In this document: positions 57,835 to 64,000 of the stretch, piece by piece
Layout of the letters: each line of letters opens with the position of its first letter
Position numbering within the stretch: the stretch's first letter is position 1
DNA from: Nitrosopumilus sp.
GTDB lineage: Archaea; Thermoproteota; Nitrososphaeria; Nitrososphaerales; Nitrosopumilaceae
Direction: 5' to 3'
Assembly (NCBI GenBank): GCA_965207445.1
Contig: CBDBLX010000002.1
Coordinates: 1,175,849 to 1,239,848, forward strand
Length of the DNA: 64,000 nucleotides
Notes under the pieces: generated by a model
What the model saw: the letters and a program-made list of their open reading frames with translations, nothing else
The model's database searches: none
What the model was told of the DNA's origin: nothing
Program-made: the position numbers and the translations under genes

Positions 57835-57912
57835 GATACCACTCAACTTAATTTCTATCAGACGTTATGTGATAAACTTGTGTCTAAATTTTAAAACGGA
57901 TTGAACAGTTAC
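57835..57912 (-). mobile_element. Degenerate 81-bp MITE
   Basis: CAGACGTTA...TGTGTCTAAATTT...ATTGAACAGTTAC. Confidence 0.65.
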
Positions 57913-57959
57913 TACAAGTTTACAAAAAAAAAGTGAGAATAGAGAAAAAGAGGCAAAAA

Positions 57960-58104
57960 ATGTAACCAAACTATGACTATATGATTATTTAAAAACAACT
58001 GCTAGCCAAACGCATCGCATATATGATACTTGATATAAAGACAGGAATATAACTAAATACAAGTATATGATTTTATTATTGCACTCAAAGAGCTTGGTTC
58101 ACAC
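57960..58104. mobile_element. GTGTGAACC-family MITE (diverged)
   Basis: Ends in GGTTCACAC; core CTAGCCAAA...AAATACAAGTATATG. Confidence 0.7.
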
Positions 58105-58890
58105 ACACAAAAAAAGGAGAACCATATATGGAATCTACTTGCAGAAAAAACCAAAGTTCAAAAAACACAATGACACATATCCCAAAGAACAAAATATCAA
58201 CAACTAACCTAAACACATACAGTATATACAAAGACTAAGAAATTAATCTAAAACCATGTTTATGGTAATTGAAGATCCATGAGGCTACAGTCGCATATGC
58301 CAACTCTAAACATGACTCCATGTTTGTTGTTGTGCATAGAGTACTCGTACGATAAAAATCTAGATGCTGCGATATTGATACTCAAATAATAATTAATGTA
58401 ATTTCTTAGAGCAAATAAATCTCATCACTAGAATTGTTCATAATGAATGAATTTGTTGGAGATACAGATAAACAACTAGCACAAGTATTGCTACACAGAT
58501 GATAGACACTCTATGATAAATTCGAGGCCACAACACAAAAAAATGATATCATAATATGTAATTTAATAACAAGACAAATATATCAAATAATACATGGAAA
58601 ACTACATCTGATCGGTAGCAAATTTAAAGGCAAAAATATAATGGCAAATATAAAACGTATAGTATTATATGTATTAGTAAATCTATATTAATTTAAATGA
58701 AAATATGAAAATTCTACTAGTCAACACAACTCAAAAATGTACATGACGTAATTTATCCAATTTAGGGTTTTTTATATAATCAATTATATTTTGGCAAAAT
58801 TTGTAGGTTTGAATACTTGATTAACTGAATTACACAACACGTTAATATATTCGATACTTTTAATAATATGTACTTTGTAACTATGTCATA

Positions 58891-61730
58891 ATGATTATTA
58901 CGCGCCACCCACTCAACTGTATACACTCACTCGGGGGGGGGGGGGGGGGGGCAGGCAGGCAGGCAGTAATAGATCACGCACCAAACGTCGCGTTTTATTA
59001 CCTATCATACTAGCCATACTAACAGTAACAGCAATCTCACTTTTACCATCTGATCAGCAAGCCTACGCCCAGACAATAGTTGCAGTGCCTGCTGACTGGG
59101 ATTATACACCCAATGGCCTGGCAGCCGGGGACACGTTCAGACTACTGTTCTCACCATCCGAGGGCCATTCATTTACGGATACAAAGATACAGGACCTGAT
59201 TGAATCATCCAACATCTTTACGTACGGCAAGTCGACGTACTATCGTATAACCGATGATCCTACTGTTGAGTGTTATGGCTATTATGGCCAGATGGTCGGC
59301 TCAGATGTCTATTGGGATATTGTTAAAAGGAACAATAACGGTGAGGGAACTGACATAAATCGAAACGGCGTGGATTATTGTTATCATATGTATAAACGGA
59401 CGGTAAACGTTGCAAACTCAGAGCCCTCTGCGATGCGCGAGTTCTCAGAGTATTTTCGTGTACTGCATTTCGGTCACTCTGATCGCGACAGCGTCAGGAG
59501 TAACACTTACACTCAAGAAGGAGTAGACGTACCGATATACTGGCTTGGTAGCAATAGCAAGATAGCTGACAACTATAATGACTTTTACGCAGGAGACACA
59601 CCTGGCGAGTCAAGTGAAAGCCGCAACGAGCACGGCAAGTATACGCAGGCCGTTAGATACTCTTATGGCATATCTCCAATATTCAGAGTCACCGCGGAGG
59701 ATGTGCCTGCTTATGTCATACCGACTGTTACACTATCTCCATCCCGGGCTCTGGAGCAGATTGAGGGTGGACAGACTAGAACTTACATACATCTATCTAA
59801 TCCCTCACCCGTTGATATAACGGTTAGAGCTTTTGCTGTTGACTCTGGTGACTTTGTAATGTCAGTGTTTAGGCCTCATCTAAGCCCTGCTGTTTTCGAG
59901 AATTCACTTAATGCCGGTGATGTGCGAGGTAATAGAATGCAACTTATCACAGATGATGACAATGTCCATGAACCAGACGGCACTATAACGTACACTCTAC
60001 TTCCCGGGGATGGTTACATCGTAGGTGAGCCGTCGACTGTCACATTTACCATTCGAGACAACGACCCGGACCCCAACCCACCTCCACCTCCACCACCACC
60101 TCCTCCCTGCACCACAGACAAACCATGCGTCACACTGGACACATCTGGCTCTTATTTTGAGGGCCGCAAGGTGTCGATACCCATACACGTGGACCCACCG
60201 CACATCTCAGGTACTGCGCTGCAAGTAATGTTCGAGACTAGAGACAGTGGCCATATACTTGAAGCATCCGACAATACGATGCACATATTCGGTGTGCACG
60301 GCAGAGTCGACTACTTTCAGTCTGAGACGGTAAGGGATTGCAACCCCTCTGGTCAGAATTGGATAGAGTTTAGACTAAAACCCAGTAAAGACTACCAGAT
60401 ACGAGACGGCGATGAAAACTGGCAGAGGATGACACTGATTGAACACAAACCGCACCCTGACGGCCCCGTCTTGTGGCTTGACAAGAGCGTCATTGATAGC
60501 CAACTACCAGTGACAGAGGGCGACACAGTCGACCTTACTGGACTGATCAAATCAGAGTACTTGGCTTGTTCTGACATCCGTCCCGTATTACACCTGTCCG
60601 TCAATGGAGGCGTTTCGACTGATACTTCATTTACTGTTGCCCATAGCAGTGAAGCACTGATTGCACAGGGCAAAAATCAGAATCCCAGCGCCGACATCGT
60701 CACAAAGAGCAACAGCAACGACGACAACCCTGCTGGCTCCATCACAATTACACTGCAATCGGGCACCGGCTACCAGGTCGGCTCTGCAAACACCGTGACG
60801 ATCTCAGTGGCAGACAGCCCCCATGTCAATAACTCCCCGCCACCACCACCCGAGGTATCAATTGGTATATCAGGCGGTGGTTCAGAGGGTGACCACGTCT
60901 CCTTTGGCATCAACGCGTCCCCCGCACCCCAGTCTCCTTTGCCAGTCAACGTCACCCTTTCGGGCGCCGGCGGGATTCTGAACGCCTCTGATGTGGGCTG
61001 GCGCATCGTGGAGATTCCACCGATCGGCTCGTATACGCTGGAGGTCCCGACCATAGATGACGGCGTCAAAGACGTCAACAATGTTACACTCACGATAAAC
61101 CCCGGCGCCGGCTACACGCTGGGACAATTTACAAGCTGGACTGTGGACGTCCAGGACGCCGGGACGACGTCAAGTCTGATGCAGCCGCCGCCCGTGTACA
61201 ACAAACTCACACAGGCGCAGAATCTGACGGTAGTCGCCATAGACCCAGCGCTGGTCGCCAACGTGACTGCGATGGCCAACCAGACGCAGCACGGCGACGC
61301 GCATGTGGAGAGGTGGAACCGTGTACTGGCCGCGTTTGGGTACACCACGCACGACAACCCGACGACTGCAGCAGAGGCCCGCGACAACGCCGAGAAATAC
61401 AGTAGTCCGCTGTGGCCCCTGATTGCCGACGTGCTGACATTACTAGAGGCAGCAGCAGAACAAGACGGGCCGCAGACGCCACCGGACGTACCGACTGAGC
61501 CAGACGTGCCGCCTGCCATAGACCCTGCGCTGATCAACAGCGTCAGGGAGCTGGCGGCCCAGACACAGCACGGCGATGCGCACGTGGACAGATGGAACCG
61601 CGTCCTAGCTGCCTTTGGTGAGATTACCCATGACAACCCGATGACCGCAGCAGAGGCCCGCACCAACGCCGAGAAATACAGTAGCCCACTATGGCCGCAG
61701 ATTGCAGACGCGCTAGCGGCGCGCGAATAG
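58891..61730 (+). CDS. Modular secreted Calx-beta-like surface protein B; start codon out of frame via G19/(GCAG)4 tract
   Basis: The 59085 frame is open upstream through RTKRRVLLPIILAILTVTAISLLPSDQQAYAQ to G19 at 58933-58951; ATG at 58891 needs +1 base. Confidence 0.8.
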
Positions 61731-62338
61731 CAGCAGTAGCAGCTCGGAGGCGAATTAACTGCCCGCATCGGGTCAAAGTGAACTAGTGTGTGTAATTCCC
61801 GACTTGTCGCAAGCGCTGGATAATGGAGACTGGATTAGTGATAGAAAATATGACTCCAAAAACAACTAACAACGCCTTGCAAGTCTGATTACTGTTGATA
61901 TTTTTTTAAAATATTGTTGTATGGCTTGTAAACAATGGCAAGGTACGAAAATTACGACGGACTTGCAGGTGGAAAACTATTCACAATAAATTATTTATGG
62001 ATTCAATTGTCGGATTGATCAGAAGATTGCTTTGATGGGAATTAAAACATAATAGTTACTTGCCATCATAAATGTGTCGCACCGTATAATTAAAAATAAG
62101 ATCATTAAAATTTAGCACATTGCGAACTACTGGTTTGCATATTGAGTATCATACATGCGATGTATTTGGTTAGGAATTATTTTTGAATGATCATATCAAT
62201 TATAGAGCTTGGTTTACAATTCAAATCATACCTTGCAGATGTCTGGTGTATCTCTCAGTTCGTTTGTTGTTTTATGAGAGTATTGTGTTGACCGAACACA
62301 ATACAATTTTTATACCTCACTAAAACATACTAACGCAG

Positions 62339-64000
62339 TTGTCATCTAAATTCAATACTGAATCTACCTCACTATCAACAGATGCGCAGTCGTTACAAAA
62401 ACAACAGAGTAGGCGTGTTCGTATAGGTATCGATGTAGGCGGCACATTTACAAAAGCAGTTGCAATTGACTCTACAAATGACTCAATAATATCTACTGCA
62501 ACTGTTCCTACAACACATGATACCAAACGTGGGGTATCCGATGGCATACTAGATGCATTCACCAAAGTCACGACTATGCGTGACTCACAGATTGCACTTG
62601 ATGACATTGACTTTGTATCGCATAGTACAACTCAGGCCATAAATGCACTGTTGGAAAGTGATACGTACCCAGTAGGTATTATAGCTATGGGAGTAGGCCC
62701 TACGAAAAAAGATGTCATAAAGAGGACCCGTCTTGATGGTAATAGTATACTGCATAAAGGGCAACATGCAGATGACTTTACAGTTCACAAGGGATTAAAG
62801 TTTACAAATTATGAGTTTTTAGATACATCACATTTAATAACAGAAAAAGAGGTATCTGATGTCATAAATCGTATGCAAAATGCAGGTGTCAAATGTCTAG
62901 TTGCAACTGAGATGTATGGTGTAGATGACCCATCTAATGAAGAGTTTGTTGCAAAACAGTCTGCTGTTGCTGGATTGCCCTGTACATCCTCACACGAAGT
63001 GTCAGGTACATATGGTCTTGAGATAAGAACGCTTACAGCAGCAGTCAATGCAAGTATAATGCCAAAGACGATTCAAGTAGCAAACTTTGTTGAGAGTACA
63101 ATGTCTCAGGCAGGAGTAAAGTCACCTCTTTTGATAATGCGCGGAGATGGTGGTGTTACGAGCATGGATACATTTCGCTCAAAACCCATATTGACTGTTC
63201 TATCAGGGCCTGCTGCTAGTGTTGCAGGTGCACTATTGTACTTGCGTATTACAAATGGAATATTCATAGAAGTTGGAGGTACGTCAACTAACATATGTAT
63301 CATAAAAGATGGCAAGCCGACAATAAGATATGCTACAATTCGTGATCATCCTACATGTATTCGATCTATGGATGTCCGTATAATTGGTGTTGCAGGTGGC
63401 AGTATGGTTGCAATCCACAAAAAAAAGGTACATCGCGTAGGACCCCGGAGCGCACATATTGCAGGATTAACATACTCTTGTTTTGCTGATGCATCAGATA
63501 TAGAGAGCGGCGAGATAGTCTTAATGAGTCCAAAGCAAGGCGATGCGGCAGAGTATGCTGCAATCAAATGCAAAGATGGTAAAATGTATGCGATAACAAA
63601 CACATGCGCTGCAAACGCACTAGATAGAATAGAGAGTGGAGATTACTCTAAATGCCAAGATATTACAGCAGCAAAGACTGCCATGCGCAAACTAGGTGAT
63701 GCGATTGGTGGCGTCTCGTACTCTGAGGTTGCAATGTCTATAATACTGACTTCCATATATGATATCACAAATACAGTAAGTCGCATATTAAAAGAGTACA
63801 AAATGAATGCATCCACAACAAAGATAATTGGTGGCGGTGGGGGTGCATCAGTACTAGTACCTGAAGTTGCAAAACATATGGGCATAGAATACGAACGTGC
63901 ACCTCATGCAGAAGTAATATCTTCAATTGGAGTCGCATCATCCATGCTACAAGATGAGATTGAGGTTGCAATGGTAGACCCAACACCTGAATCAATATCT
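62339..64000 (+). CDS. Hydantoinase/oxoprolinase family protein, runs off window
   Basis: My translation RIGIDVGGTFTKA, HSTT, SGPAA, EVGGTSTN, AGGS; TTG start inferred. Confidence 0.9.
   Translation, partial: MSSKFNTESTSLSTDAQSLQKQQSRRVRIGIDVGGTFTKAVAIDSTNDSIISTATVPTTHDTKRGVSDGILDAFTKVTTMRDSQIALDDIDFVSHSTTQAINALLESDTYPVGIIAMGVGPTKKDVIKRTRLDGNSILHKGQHADDFTVHKGLKFTNYEFLDTSHLITEKEVSDVINRMQNAGVKCLVATEMYGVDDPSNEEFVAKQSAVAGLPCTSSHEVSGTYGLEIRTLTAAVNASIMPKTIQVANFVESTMSQAGVKSPLLIMRGDGGVTSMDTFRSKPILTVLSGPAASVAGALLYLRITNGIFIEVGGTSTNICIIKDGKPTIRYATIRDHPTCIRSMDVRIIGVAGGSMVAIHKKKVHRVGPRSAHIAGLTYSCFADASDIESGEIVLMSPKQGDAAEYAAIKCKDGKMYAITNTCAANALDRIESGDYSKCQDITAAKTAMRKLGDAIGGVSYSEVAMSIILTSIYDITNTVSRILKEYKMNASTTKIIGGGGGASVLVPEVAKHMGIEYERAPHAEVISSIGVASSMLQDEIEVAMVDPTPESIS

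Overview
AT-rich archaeal chromosome segment that looks like Nitrosopumilaceae (Thaumarchaeota): PEFG-CTERM protein, type II GAPDH, archaeal-style FTR1 and HMG-CoA synthase. A host-associated (e.g. sponge) lineage is an inference from IS/MITE load and Calx-beta-like surface proteins. Housekeeping genes (bioA, bioD, HMG-CoA synthase, gap, CBS/hemolysin, Na/Ca antiporter, FTR1, Ni transporter, hydantoinase) are separated by a dense mobilome: three IS5/Harbinger-like copies whose transposase carries a variable 36-bp tandem array inside the DDE core, a decayed IS66 with about nine 81-bp hairpin derivatives lacking target duplications, a frameshifted IS110 with a bridge-RNA-like 3' region, an IS6, an IS4/IS5-type IS, several other dispersed repeat families and defence-gene wreckage. 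The best candidate for an undescribed system is a pair of paralogous modular surface proteins (about 46.6-48.6 kb and 58.9-61.7 kb) with swapped N-terminal domains and a shared C-terminus. Each has a long C or G homopolymer between its start codon and signal peptide that currently puts the gene out of frame, i.e. apparent slipped-strand phase variation in an archaeon. All family assignments are by motif recognition by eye; no searches were run.
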